DNA of 64,000 nucleotides, from NCBI GenBank assembly GCA_964016885.1, contig OZ024753.1, forward strand, positions 25,730,001 to 25,794,000, given 5' to 3'. Position numbers and translations under genes: made by a program. This document shows, in pieces, positions 46,366-59,979 of this stretch; positions within the stretch are counted from its first letter, which is position 1; each line of letters opens with the position of its first letter. The notes beneath the pieces were generated by a model that saw only the letters and a program-made list of their open reading frames with translations, was not told the DNA's origin and ran no database searches. The DNA is from Eledone cirrhosa. Lineage: Eukaryota.

Positions 46366-48281
46366 TATAGCGAGAGTACTGGGTTGCATGAATGTAACAA
46401 AACGAGACATGGTTTGTGTGTATAATATTTAATTAACAATGGTAGATAGTATAGTTGACATGTCAAAGAAATAGATGATAGAATGAAACAAAGTTAGTCG
46501 TTACCGTTTTGATTTCCAGGCAAACGCGGCTGGCAGAGGATGCCTGGCTAAGGCCAGCCAGGCGCCGGAAGGCCAAATGAGAGAGAGAGAGCCGAAGGCT
46601 ATTCGTTTTATAGGGCTCTGACCGGAAGTTACAGAAAGGGTTCTACTTCCCGTCTAGATGTTAATCTATTGGGGTCACAACAAGGGAGACAACCGCTACA
46701 TAACCTTCCGCCAGAATTTTAGGATATAAAAATCAAATGAAAATATGTAGCAAGTTGGCGAGAATGTTGTAACAGGCATGAAAATTACGACAAAAGAATG
46801 TTTGCAAAAATCAATGATAGATATCAAGGTAGCCAACCGCTCTTGGACAGAGAACGACTGGACATCTATCTATCCATCACCCAAAGATACAATGTAATAA
46901 AGTAAGAGAAGGGCTCAAAGTTCAAATGTACAAAATATAGTTCACAGGTGTGCAATCACATGACAGCAGGAAAGAAAGTGTGTTCCAGAGAATGAATGCA
47001 GGTGGTTTCTGTTCTGTGGTATATCGTGAAATTTCCAACCTCCGAATGGATTTTCTCACAGGAAGAGTGCTGCAAAAATAAATTCTCTGGCTTTGGTTGT
47101 TGGTGAAGCTGTGTTGATGTTGTTGTCTCGCTGAGTGAGCGTATTCGGTGTTTAAATTCACAGTAAAAAAAATTTTTTTTCAGAAAAAATGAGTTGCGCC
47201 AAGTGCTAGAAATAGCAGCCGAAGTTGATGGTCGATGTTGAGAATGCGACCAAAGAAATAAGCATTCTGAATAAATGCGCAGTTTTCAACGACAAATTCA
47301 CGTAGTAAATTTTTAAACCGGCAAATAGGAGAATATAGCTTAAGGCTGAAGAATCCTTGGCGAGAAACGTTATCTCTGGCGTGCGGCTATCTCTGTGAGT
47401 CGAGAATTTGTGCTGCCTACACGTGCCAATACAAGGTTGAAAAAATAATATTTCTAACGCGCGAGAAAATGATAGTGCAAGTGTGAAAGTGACAATGATG
47501 AAAAAGAAAGGCTTCACTCAGCATAATTATTGGTGTGAACTTTGGAAAAAAAAAAAAAAAAAAAATTGAACGATGAAGAAAACGATGAAAAAAAAAGGCA
47601 ATGGTTCATCGAAAATAAATGTTCCTGTAGAAATGTTTTTTAAAAAATATCAAATTTCTTTTTTTTTTTTTTGTTTTGAAAGTGTTCGTTGTAAGAAACG
47701 AGAAACATGTACATATATCGTGAAATGCGACAGTTAGTTGATGCGTGAGAGAAAAAGTCTGTCTGAACGCGAATTCCACATGTGCGTGTGTGCGTTTCCT
47801 TGAGTATTTTCATAGTTTGTCGATAAATTTGCTGTGTATTCGTAATGTTACTCACACAATACGAGATCTGCTATTTTTTTCTTTTTTCGGGGTGACCACT
47901 TATAGCGATGAACGGCTGCGTGTTCGTATCACGTCAGGGTTACCAATATAGCGAGAGTACTGGGTTGCATGAATGTAACAAAACGAGACGTGGTTTGTGT
48001 GTATAATATTTAATTAACAATGGTAGATAGTATAGTTGACATGTCAAAGAAATAGATGATAGAATGAAACAAAGTTAGTTGTTACCGTTTTGATTGCCAG
48101 GCAAACGCGGCTGGCAGAGGACGCCTGGCTAAGGCCAGCCAGGCGCCGGAAGGCCAAATGAGAGAGAGAGAGCCGAAGGCTATTCGTTTTATAGGGCTCT
48201 GACCGGAAGTTACAGAAAGGGTTCTACTTCCCGTCTAGATGTTAATCTATTGGGGTCACAACAAGGGAGACAACCGCTACA
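46366..48281 (-). mobile_element. Non-autonomous LTR retroelement (335-bp LTRs, tRNA-Trp-like PBS, 4-bp TSD ATAG)
   Basis: LTRs 46366-46700 and 47947-48281 differ at about 4 sites. On the minus strand they read TGTAGCG...CGCTATA, with PBS TGGTAACCCTGACGTGAT after the 5' LTR and purine-rich GGCGGAAGG before the 3' LTR. ATAG at 46362 and 48282. Confidence 0.9.
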
Positions 48282-48338
48282 ATAGCATGACTTGATTTTA
48301 TTTGCCTTATTCCTAATACTTTCTATTCTGTTCCAAAA

Positions 48339-48457
48339 TTTGCTCCTATACATGGGTATAGATGGACAAGATCAGGGTATATAAAGGAGCTAGAAGCAAA
48401 TGGGCAAAGATTGTAGAACATGATGCAAATGGAACCTGCCCCATGTATAGGAGCAAA
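48339..48457. repeat. 119-bp element with perfect 18-bp inverted ends
   Basis: TTTGCTCCTATACATGGG ... CCCATGTATAGGAGCAAA. Confidence 0.65.
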
Positions 48458-48486
48458 CGAATCGAATATTATTATTAATATTCGAA

Positions 48487-48672
48487 GTGGCGGTGGATTG
48501 GCAGAATCGGTAGAGGGTCGGACGCCATGCTTTCCAGCATAGTTACGTCCCTTTACGATCTGAGTTCAAATCCCGTCGAGGTTGACTTTGCCTTTCATCC
48601 TTACGGGGTCGATAAAATAAAGTACCAGTAATGCACTGGTTAATTGCTGGCCTTGTGCCTAAAGTAGAAACA
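48487..48672 (+). mobile_element. tRNA-derived SINE (Nin/Deu-like central domain)
   Basis: A box TGGCAGAATCGG, B box GAGTTCAAATCC, core GCCTTTCATCC...GGGGTCGATAAAATAAAGTACCAG, flanking duplication ATTATTAATATTCGAA. Confidence 0.85.
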
Positions 48673-48779
48673 ATTATTAATATTCGAAAAACTCAGATTA
48701 CATTTATTGTATTCAGCCATGTAGAGCGATAAACTATTTGTTTGTTATTTGAATATGCAAATATGGAACATTGGGGTAG

Positions 48780-49080
48780 AAGTGGGTTATATTGGGGGGG
48801 GGGTATATTGGGGGAGGTGGGTTATATTGGGGGAGGTGGGTTATATTGGGGGGGGGTCGGTTATATTGGGGGAGGTGGGTTATATTGGGGGAGGTGGGTT
48901 ATATTGGGGGAGGTGGGTTATATTGGGGGAAGGGGGGTTATATTGGGGGGGGGGGTTATATTGGGGGAGGTGGGTTATATTGGGGGGGAGGTCGGTTATA
49001 TTGGGGGTGGTGGGTTATATTGGGGGAGGTGGGTTATATTGGGGGAGGTGGGTGGGTGAGTTGTATGGGGGGAGTTATAT
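48780..49080. repeat. G-rich minisatellite (~19-bp GGGTTATATTGGGGGAGGT)
   Basis: About 14 tandem variants. Confidence 0.9.
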
Positions 49081-49407
49081 TGAGGAAGGGAGGGAGGTTA
49101 TATGAAAATTCTTCAAATACTTAATTGTTATTTTAATTCATTGCCTCAGGAACGATAGAAGGAAGAAAAGAAGAAGAAAAGAAGAAGAAAAGAAGAAGAA
49201 AAGAAAAGAAGAAAAGAAGAAGAAGAAGAAGGAATATGTAAGAGAAGAAAGAGAAGGAGGTACGATAGAAGGAGGAATATGTGGGGGAGGAAGTAACGAT
49301 ACAGAAAAGTAGTCGGGGGGGGGGCAACCTTTAGAGTAAGATAACATTCGTCTGTACTTGACAAGTTCTGTTGTCGACTCCCGTTGGAGTAACTAAATAT
49401 ATAAATA

Positions 49408-49774
49408 GGCACGTGATTGGCTGTCATGTCTACAGTCAAGCCACGTGATTGGTTGTCATATCTACAGTCAAGCCACGTGATTGGCTGTCATGTCTACAGT
49501 TAAGCCACGTGATTGGCTGTCATGTCTACAGTCAAGCCACGTGATTGGCTGTCATGTCTACAGTCAAGCCACGTGATTGGTTGTCATGTCTACAGTCAAG
49601 CCACGTGATTGGCTGTCATGTCTACATTCAAGCAATGTGATTGGCTGTCATGTCTACAGTCAAGCCACGTGATTGGCTGTCATGTCTACAGTCAAGCCAC
49701 GTGATTGGCTGTCATGTCTACAGTCAAGCCACGTGATTGGCTGTCATGTCTACAAGCCACGTGATTGGCTGTCA
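49408..49774. repeat. 32-bp minisatellite GCCACGTGATTGGCTGTCATGTCTACAGTCAA
   Basis: About 11.5 near-identical units. Confidence 0.95.
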
Positions 49775-50230
49775 CTGCTTTAGTAGGCAATCCTTAACAG
49801 TTTTCAATATGAATCCCATATGTAACATGCAACCTGTTGTATTTTCTACCACCAGTCTTTCTCTGGAATTTAGATGGTTTCCTTACTTTTATTAAATATT
49901 AACACAAAGAGAAAGATGAAGATATTGTTGAAGATTTCATTAAATACGCAAAACTAAATCAATTTATCTTTTTGGTTTCTTTGCTTGACATGCAATTCTT
50001 GTGTATCACATTTGATTTATTTAGTTACCATGGCAGCTATTCCTGCTTCTACCAGATGGAAACGAATTAGAAAAGTTGATAATGGTTATTAATAGAAACG
50101 ATGAATGTTGTGAATGCAATCTTATGGACTTAACACGTTCCATGGCTGCACTTTACAGAGAGAAGATGCTAGATTATCGAGTGATATTATTGACCGGCCG
50201 ACACATGTAAATCTATAACATGTTCTTCAC

Positions 50231-50299
<69 letters not shown>

Positions 50300-50352
50300 A
50301 CACACATATATGACATACTCGTAGTCCACAACTGGAGACAATCATAGATTCT

Positions 50353-50550
50353 GTCACCCACGTACCAGCCTGTCTACCCACCCACTCGCACGTCCACACG
50401 TACCAGCCTGTCTACCCACCCACTTGCCCGTCACACACACTACCAGCCTGTCTACCCACCCAGTCGCCCGTCACCCACGTACCAGCCTGTCTACCCACCC
50501 ACTCGCCCGTCACCCACACTACCAGCCTATCTGCCCACCCACTCGCCCAG
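50353..50550. repeat. ~39-bp minisatellite (ACCAGCCTGTCTACCCACCCACTCGCCCGTCACCCACGT)
   Basis: About 5 units. Confidence 0.85.
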
Positions 50551-51649
50551 CTACTTACTGCCTATGTACCTACCTATCTCTATCTCCCACCCTCTCTCTC
50601 TATCTATCTATGAAGCATTAACAACAGTCAAGTGCCTCCCCCCCCTCTGGAGCTATAAACATAACACAAGTTGTGACAGGATATAGACTTACAATTACTT
50701 TCTCGACTGAAAAAGGAAGTAATGTTACTATATTTGAATAAATATAGTAAAGTATCATTTAGTGATCTCTCTCTGGCTTAGAAATAAAATGGACGACTAC
50801 ATGAACGAAGCATGTATTCAATTGTCTATATTATTTTGATATTTAATAAAAACAAACGGAAACAATGGAAAATAATGCGGCAAGCCGATTATGTAATAGC
50901 AGCAGTGGGGAATGTGTATGAGAGTATGTCCTCTGTTGAATATCAAGAAGTAGATATTGAAAAGCATTCCAGCTTGATAAATATGCATGAATTCCTGTAG
51001 TATGTGTTGGAGAAATGTAATGGATGTAGATGACGATATGACCCAAAAGTATTGATAGTATGAGTTTTACAGTTGGATTTAATAAAGTTGTGTCATAACT
51101 TTTCATTTATTTATGGGGGTAAAATCAAAGTTCAAGTTACAAAAAGCAAACAAACCTCTCAACAATTACTTCAGCGATTCACATATAAAATGGAAGAGAT
51201 CAAATGACAGTTAATGGCTCACCTACAGCAATGGCCGCTGCTGATTTGCAAGAAAGAAATGATAGCAGACCTTGTTGCGTCGGCCAGAGGATATAAAGTA
51301 TAAAGTATAAAGGATTAGAGTTGTAACCTATAAATAACGCTTTCTTTCTGATGAACAAAGGCAATTTTCATGGAAATGAGGAATTATTGATTGACACAAC
51401 CGCAGAGAAAAAATTAATCAAATGGAAATCAATTCTATATGAAATTTGGAGAGAGGAAATTCTAGAGGCTTCTATATTGTGTAAATGATAAAGTAGCACA
51501 CAACGGTTTATCAAATTCAATGAAGTCTTTTTAACAATTTAAACAAAATTTCCTTCTAAACAAACAAATTGACAGCCGAGCCAACGAATCAGCTATTAGC
51601 AAGTCACTCAACTAAATCACTCAACATGCTGCAAGTAGATATTAGTCTA

Positions 51650-51920
51650 AAGACTGTCACAAACCCAGACGTTTATCAAGCCAGTGCTTAACCTGGTTTC
51701 TGTAGAGCGAAGCGACTGAGAGTACAAGACTACTGCCCACCAAGGCAGGTCGCCAGTCCATCGCAGGGTTAAACCCACAGCTAATACTGGTACTCCTTTT
51801 TCAGCTGAGTATACTGGAGCAACGTAAAATGAAATGTTTTGCTCAAGAACACAACACACAATCGAGTTCCAGAACCGAACCCACGACATTATAATTGTAA
51901 ATCCAACACACCACTAGGTC
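51650..51920 (-). mobile_element. tRNA-derived SINE (Meta/CORE-like domain)
   Basis: Minus strand has a GGTTCG B-box-like motif, then TGTGTTCTTGAGCAAAACATTT...TGCTCCAGTATACTCAGCTG. Confidence 0.65.
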
Positions 51921-52188
51921 AGGTACCTCGACTAGCTACTAAATAACCCGCCGAACCATACATGGGGTGATCTTCGTCCCATGTATGGATCTGTGTCCCA
52001 TGTATGTTATTAAGGTTACACGCGTCTGTGAAATGTTCAGTCAACATTTCTTGCTATATATATCAGCTGTAGGGTCAGCCAGCCTGCAGTTTAAAATATT
52101 TCGGTGCAGGATTATGTTTGGAGGTCTGTAGCGAAAATCTACGATGTACTCGTGTATATGTGTTCATTTGAGTGTCCGTGTGTGTATT

Positions 52189-52274
<86 letters not shown>

Positions 52275-52337
52275 GAGGAGAGAGAAGAGGAGAGAGAGAG
52301 AGAAAGAAGAGGAGAGAGAGAGAGAAAGAGAGGGAGA

Positions 52338-52411
<74 letters not shown>

Positions 52412-52485
52412 GTGTGTGTGATGTGTATGTGTGTGTATGTAATATATGTGGTGTCTTTGTACCGGAATAAATATTTGTTCTACGG

Positions 52486-52544
<59 letters not shown>

Positions 52545-52654
52545 CAAATAGTAGGAAGGAAAAAGATTTTTTCAGTAGAAAATGCGGAAGAGATTCTTTC
52601 AGTGTAATATCAAAACATTTATTTAATTTTTTATATATTTATAAACAGGATATT

Positions 52655-52705
52655 TCCGCATTTAATAATACCGGTTTCAGCATTATATGCTTTGTCAACT
52701 GCGGA
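52655..52705 (-). ncRNA. Hammerhead-like motif, U3-A8, stem I disrupted
   Basis: TCCGCAG-TTGACAA-AGCA tataa TGCT-GAAA-CCGGTA-ttattaaa-TGCGGA. Confidence 0.55.
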
Positions 52706-52879
52706 TATCTATAATATGGTTAAGTTCCATATTTATACAAATAATAATAAGAAAAAGTGGAAGAAAAATTATTAATTTTTACATACATATTTTGAAAGGA
52801 GAGTTCATATATATTTGAAAAGAGAGTAAGGTTTCTATACAAAACAGGGCTTATAGAGAAAAGGTGGAATTGGAAATAG

Positions 52880-54717
52880 CACAGAAAATATATTTAAGGA
52901 TATGTTTTTCTTTTTTTCCTACTTTGATTCGTCAAAGTGACATTATTGAAAAAAGGAGAGGAACAATTCTTAAAAAAAAGGAGTTTTATAATGTATATAA
53001 ATTATATAAAATATAACCGGTTTCGATGTATGTGAACCATCTTATCAAATGTTGAATATTACAATTAAAAAGAAATATTTTTAGCAACTTCCTGGACACC
53101 GTACTAAAGCCCATTCTAAAACATATACAGATCTACATACGGGATGACCTTGATATGCTGAACCACCTACCCGAAACAGTAAGTGAAAACACAATTCTTG
53201 TCTCCTTTGATGTAGTAAACATCTACATTAACATACCCCACAACTATGGACTAACAGCAATCCAGTATTAGCTAGACACTCACCAATCTGAAATACCACC
53301 ACGCACCAACAAAAACTGTATTATTGATTGACTCTGATTTATCTTACAGAATATTTGTTTTACTTTCAATGACTCAACATATTGACAAATCTCGGGTACT
53401 GCAATGGACACGAAGGTAGCCCCCACATACGTCAACTTAGTCATAGGATTCCACGAACAGCATATCTACAACCAATCCCTTCTATTATTCGGAGACTCTT
53501 TCCTTAAACATCTCAAAAATAATTGGAAGAGATCCCTAGACGATTGCTTTATACTATGGCAGGCAAATGTGAATACACTCACTATTTTCAAAAACAATAT
53601 TAAAAATAATATACAATTCCCAACGGAATCCAGCTCCAAGGAATTAGCCTTCTTGGATATCCTTATTTTAAAGATAGATGGTAAAATAGAAACAGACATC
53701 TTATATAAACCCACGGATTCCAAACAGTACCTCCTCTTCACATCCAGTCACCCTAAACATACAAAACTCAACATTCCTTATAACTTAGCGAAACGTATAT
53801 GCACCATAGTACCAGACCCAACTAAACGGGAACAAAGACTAAATGAACTACCTTAAGACCATTCCCACTTGACATAATTAATAACGGAATAGACAAAGCA
53901 AAACACGCAAATTTTCATCAACTCAACAACCCAAAGCAGAAGAACCACAAACAATACCTTACCACATGTATCCACGTTCAGCCCCAGAAACACCGAAATG
54001 TTCGAACTCCTACACAAAAATCTCCCCATTCTATTTAAAGATGAAAAAATGAAAAGAATCCTAGAAAACACAAGATCATCAAAAGTAAAAGGCAACCCAA
54101 ATGACTAAAACACATTATTACAGGAACAAATATACATAAACAAATATCCAACCCTACGGTAACAAAATGCGGAACAACAAACTGTGGAACATGCCTATAC
54201 TTAATTGAAGGACAAAAATTCACATTTAAAGATGGCCAAACTTTTACAGTGAAAAACAACTTCACTTGCAACTCAGAAAACCTGATCTACGTAATCACAT
54301 GCGGTGGTTGTTGACATAATTACATAGGACAGACCGGTGTGTCATTACCCAAAAGAATGACCATCCATCGTCAACAAAGACGTAAACACAAGACAAATCC
54401 CCGTAAGTAGCCACATTGCAGATTGTGCAAGAATGACCCTACCCAACTTTAAAATCTCTCCCTTTATAAGTGCTCAGATTCATTCATTCAACAACAAAGA
54501 ATAAATAAATAAAAACTATTTCTTAACAGATTTAAACCAAAATTAAATATGTAACCACCCCCATTGGATTATCTCTCTCTCTCACAAAACATACACACAC
54601 GCACACACACACAGACACAGACACACAACACTTCAAAAAAAAAATATATATATATGTATATACATGTGTCCCCCCCAAATATTTCTCTTAGTTTTGATTC
54701 CTTCACACTCACGATAA

Positions 54718-54754
<37 letters not shown>

Positions 54755-55290
54755 GTTTATATACACACTCACATATACACACTCATACTCCCTAAAACCA
54801 TATTCCTAAAATAGAATTTCATCTGACAATCCCATTTACCTTCCTCCCCTGTAGCAATCGTCTCTAGCTTACATCTCCCCCCTTCGCCACCCCCACCTGA
54901 ACTTTTGACTATTACTAAAAATAATTTTATTTTGTGAAAAATAACTACCAACACTACTACTACTACAACTACCGACACTACTTCTACTTTTACTACTATG
55001 ACTACCTCTCTCTATATATATAGGACTCAATTTTAGGCCCAGTCTTCACAAGAAAGATGAACAGACCTTTTCAAAACTTAATTTTAAATTTAAAATTTTT
55101 CATTCTTTTTAATTGTAATATTCAACATTTGATAAGATGGTTCACAATGATACATCGAAACCGGTTATATTTTATATACATTATAAAACTATTTTTTAAA
55201 AGAATTGTTCCTCTCATTTTTTCAATAATGTCACATTGACGAATCAAAGAAGGCAAAACAGAAAAACAGATCCTTTAATACATTTTCCAT
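52880..55290 (+). mobile_element. Penelope-like element (Neptune-like), 5'-truncated, with inverted 5' pLTR
   Basis: RT remnants SFDVVNIY, GTAMDTKVAPTY, SLDD, FLD, YKPTD. KCGTTNCGTC and LIYVITC...YIGQT GIY-YIG. ~52880-53075 is inverted relative to ~55100-55290. Confidence 0.88.
55124..55171 (+). ncRNA. Minimal hammerhead, U3-A8 variant (mirror copy 53010-53053, minus strand)
   Basis: AACAT-TTGATAA-GATG...CATC-GAAA-CCGGT-T-ATATT. Confidence 0.65.
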
Positions 55291-55301
55291 GCTATTTCCA
55301 A

Positions 55302-55407
<106 letters not shown>

Positions 55408-55458
55408 GGAAAAATTTGAACAGGAACAAAACAGAGAGGCAGTACAACGAATGTTTAT

Positions 55459-55537
<79 letters not shown>

Positions 55538-55931
55538 CGTCGTCCCCCCCCACTCTCAACTAACACTTTGTACTGCACTCTTCGCTTTGCTTTGTTTTCT
55601 GTTTTAACTATAATATATATATATATAATATATGTATATTATATAATATATAATATATAATATATATATATAATATATATATAATATATATACATATAAT
55701 ATATATATACATATATTATTCAGTTGATGAAAGCTGGTTGATAAAAAAAGCTGCCGACTTTTTAGCATAATGCATTAGACGTACAATAAAATGATGTACG
55801 AATAAAACTGTCTCTCTAATATATATATATATATATATAGTTTTAATATAGATGAGATTCAAACTTTTATACTCTGCAATGTATTGAGTACCTTACTTAC
55901 TGTGGTTACCTCCGATTCAACCCGGAATAAC

Positions 55932-55983
<52 letters not shown>

Positions 55984-56408
55984 CATATATATATTAATTA
56001 ATTGTTAGAGAATACAAAATACCGAATTATTGAACAATATATTTATTGGTTTACAATATATTTATTGAACAATATATTTATTGGTTTACAATTGTTTCAG
56101 AAATCATATGAAAATCCAACCCTGATAGAAAAATCCAATAATGATAGAAGAAAAGAAAAGTATAATTAACATATTTAATGGCGAGACTAGGTATACCAGA
56201 ATGTAAGAGGTCAAATTACTAGGCATATGTTCCTCTAGTGGATATTTAAATGTAGTGATGAGGGAAGGTCAAATTTGAGGGTCATAGAGTAATGAAAGAA
56301 GGTCTAAGTTAAGGGTCATGCTTAGGTGTGAAGAAATAGAGTGAAAAAGAAAAGGAAAGACTACAAATATGAAATGAAATGAGGTGTTAATACCGAGCCT
56401 GGTCGTTG

Positions 56409-57812
56409 AATATGATAATTATACTTTAGTATTGAGACTTGGAGAGGGGCGACATCTGGCTTAAAATATGATAATTATACTTTAGTATTGAGACATGGAG
56501 AGGGGCGACATCTGGCTTAAAATATGATAATTATACTTTAGTATTGAGACTTGGAGAGGGGCGACATCTGGCTTAAAATATGATAATTATACTTCTGTAT
56601 TGAGACTTGGAGAGGAGCAACATCTGGCTTAAAATATGATAATTATACTTCAGTATTGAGACTGGGAGAGGGGTGACATCTGGCTTAAAATATGATAATT
56701 ATACTTCAGTATTGAGACTGGGAGAGGGGTGACATCTGGCTTAAAATATGGTAATTATACTTCAGTATTGAGACTGGGAGAGGGGTGACATCTGGCTTAA
56801 AATATGATAATTATACTTCAGTATTGAGACTGGGAGAGGGGCGACATCTGGCTTAAAATATGATAATTATACTTCTGTATTGGGACATGGAGAGGGGCGA
56901 CATCTGGCTTAAAATATGATAATTATACTTCAGTATTGAGACTTGGAGAGGGGCGAAATCTGGCTTAAAATATGATAATTATACTTCAGTATTGAGACTT
57001 GGAGAGGGGCGACATCTGGCTTAAAATATGATAATTATACTTCTGTATTGAGACTGGGAGAGGGGTGACATCTGGCTTAAAATATGATAATTATACTTCA
57101 GTATTGAGACTGGGAGAGGGGCGACATCTGGCTTAAAATATGGTAATTATACTTCAGTATTGAGACTGGGAGAGGGGCGACATCTGGCTTAAAATATGGT
57201 AATTATACTTCAGTATTGAGACTTGGAGAGGGGCGACATCTGGCTTAAAATATGGTAATTATACTTCTGTATTGAGACTTGGAGAGGGGCGACATCTGGC
57301 TTAAAATATGATAATTATACTTCTGTATTGGGACATGGAGAGGGGCGACATCTGGCTTAAAATATGATAATTATACTTCTGTATTGGGACATGGAGAGGG
57401 GCGACATCTGGCTTAAAATATGATTATTATACTTCAGTATTGAGACTGGGAGAGGGGTGACATCTGGCTTAAAATATGATAATTATACTTCTGTATTGAG
57501 ACTTGGTTAGGGGCGACATCTGGCTTAAAATATGATAATTATACTTCAGTATTGAGACTGGGAGAGAGGCGACCTCTGGCTTAAAATATGATAATTATAC
57601 TTCAGTATTGAGACTTGGAGAGGGCGTCATCTGGCTTAAAATATGATAATTATACTTCAGTATCGAGACTGAGAGAGGGGCGACATCTGGCTTAAAATAT
57701 GATAATTATACTTCAGTATTGAGACTTGGAGAGGGGCGACATCTGGCTTAAAATATGGTAATTATACTTCTGTATTGGGACATAGAGAGGGGCGACATCT
57801 GGCTTAAAATAT
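56409..57812. repeat. 56-bp satellite, ~25 units
   Basis: Unit AATATGATAATTATACTTCAGTATTGAGACTTGGAGAGGGGCGACATCTGGCTTAA. Confidence 0.97.
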
Positions 57813-57959
57813 GCTATTGAAACGCCGTATGTGAATGTGATGCCCCCTACGACCTACTTAGTTACGGCATCATACTTACAGTTGTTGACTTGTGGTGGGA
57901 ATATATCTTGATCAGGAGAAGAGAAAGGAGCGAAGTAGAGATTCTGTGTATTACTGAAT

Positions 57960-58152
57960 AATAATTGTTTCTACTTTTGGCACAAGGTCAGCAATTATCC
58001 TAGTGCATTACTGGTACTTTATTTTATCAACCCCGCAAGGATGAAAAGCAAAGTTAACCTCGGCGGGATTTGAACTCAGACCGTAAATGGCCGTGACTCT
58101 ATGCTGCAAAGCATGGCGTCCGACCTTCTACCGATACTGCCAATCTACCGCC
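57960..58152 (-). mobile_element. tRNA-derived SINE, same family as 48487-48672
   Basis: Reverse-complement similarity over the full length. Confidence 0.85.
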
Positions 58153-58516
58153 CTTTTTACTGAACAATAATGACTGTCTTATCAACAGATGGAGCTTCAG
58201 TGTGATTGTTGGGATTACAAATATATGTACACACGCACACAGATGTGTGTGTATGTACGTGCGTGTGTGGGCGTGGGTGTTTGTATCCGAGCGTATGTGT
58301 GCGAGTGTGTGTGAGTGTATATGCGTGGGTGTATATGTGTGGGTGTTTTTGTGAAAATTTATGCGTGTCTGTATATTTATTCATTTCTGGTAAGTTTTTG
58401 TTGATTTTCTAAGTTAGAAATCAAATATTTATTGTTAAATTTAATACTATTTTATAGCTTCACCCCACGTCTGGATTTTCAGACGGTGGGTCAAGTCATC
58501 TTCACCCCTCCCTGGG

Positions 58517-59979
58517 GTGAAATTTTCGTTTGAAAAAATTTCTTCGGTGAAAAAAAAATTTGTAATGTTGCATTCAGTCATGAACGTTGCGTCCAGTACT
58601 AGAAGTGGTGGAGAGGCGATAAGAGTGTTAAGCTTGCACGCATCTCCTCTCACCACCTCATTGAAAGACGTCGAAAATGTCGTCAGTTTTGAAAACACGA
58701 TGTTGAACGTTGACTGTAACATCAACACTAACACAAACACCAATAACATGCAAAATATAAACAACACCAACCAGAACAACAACAACAATAATGACAACAA
58801 AAACAACAAGAACAACAGCAAGAATGATAACAACAACACTACCAACAACAACAGCAACACGAACAACTCCACGAACAAGGAAAAGATTTCCTTTGCCCAA
58901 ACTGCGAAAGAAACCCTTGAACACCTGCCAGTAGACATAAGCAACGCTAAGGAGTTACTGGCAGAAGCCAAAAAATACATAGCATACGGGGAAAATGGAT
59001 AATTTTCGACCCCCCCCCCCCGGAACTAAAAAGTCAGAGACTCCTAAACACAGTGATGTTTAGGACAATGTTAAATAAAACGAAAAGACCAGCTCAACCA
59101 TCACAGAGTGAGATAGAGCTGGTCTTAAAAGATGTAATGAAAGACATTCTGTTCATACAAAAGGATACACTCTATGGGAGTCTATCCATTCTCATGAAGG
59201 ACCAGGACACGGCAAAAAAACTTTCGGTAAAACCTATTACATCCACCGCATACACATTCTACCCTACGTACATGGGTAGAAGGTCACAGAAAATAAAAAT
59301 ACACACCATTCTTCCAATTATGGAAATATGGTGGGTGTTAACAGGTTTTCTTGACCTGAACGATGACATATTAATATCCATGGGAAAGGCATCGGGTGAC
59401 GCGTTCAGTGGAACCGGTCTCGAACTTTTAGTTCAAATGAGGCCCGAAAGGATCGCCCAGATCCCTGAACGCGTCATACTGGATGACCAAACTTTTATAA
59501 ACATTACCGTTGAGAGTAGACGGCCCTCGTGTTACCTCTGTGGAACCAGAGGTCACCTGAGGGCTGTCTGTCCTCAATTTAAAAAGAAAACTCCAATTCT
59601 GCCCACACCACCAATAACTACACAACCAACACAATCACCACCACCACCACCACTACAAAAACAACAACCACAAGTTAACACAAAACAAAATACTGTCCAA
59701 CCCATCCCCACTCAAAAAACAATTTCCAAAACACCCGCACCGCAAACACAACCGAAAATCTACCCCTCCCCTCCAACACGGAAGACGACCCCCGTTTCTT
59801 CGTCAGACGAGGGGGAACATTTCCAAAAAGTTAAAAGAAAGAAAAGAAAACACACCTCAGACACACAAATAAAAACAACCCCTCCTCAAAACATAACACA
59901 GACATCAACACAAAAGAACACACAACAACAGCAAACAAAAAACACCACACAAAAACAAAATATGCATACACATACATAA
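58517..59979 (+). pseudogene. Tx1/L1-like ORF1 (gag-like, CCHC knuckle), disrupted near 59002
   Basis: N-rich N-terminus with SFAQ motif, RRPSCYLCGTRGHLRAVC knuckle, P/T/Q-rich tail. Confidence 0.8.

Noticed and set aside
48487-48580. tRNA gene
   Set aside because: A/B boxes are present but no cloverleaf; it continues into a SINE body with a second copy at 57960-58152.
56409-57812. Regular array resembling CRISPR
   Set aside because: Contiguous tandem units with no unique spacers, no cas genes, and a eukaryotic context.
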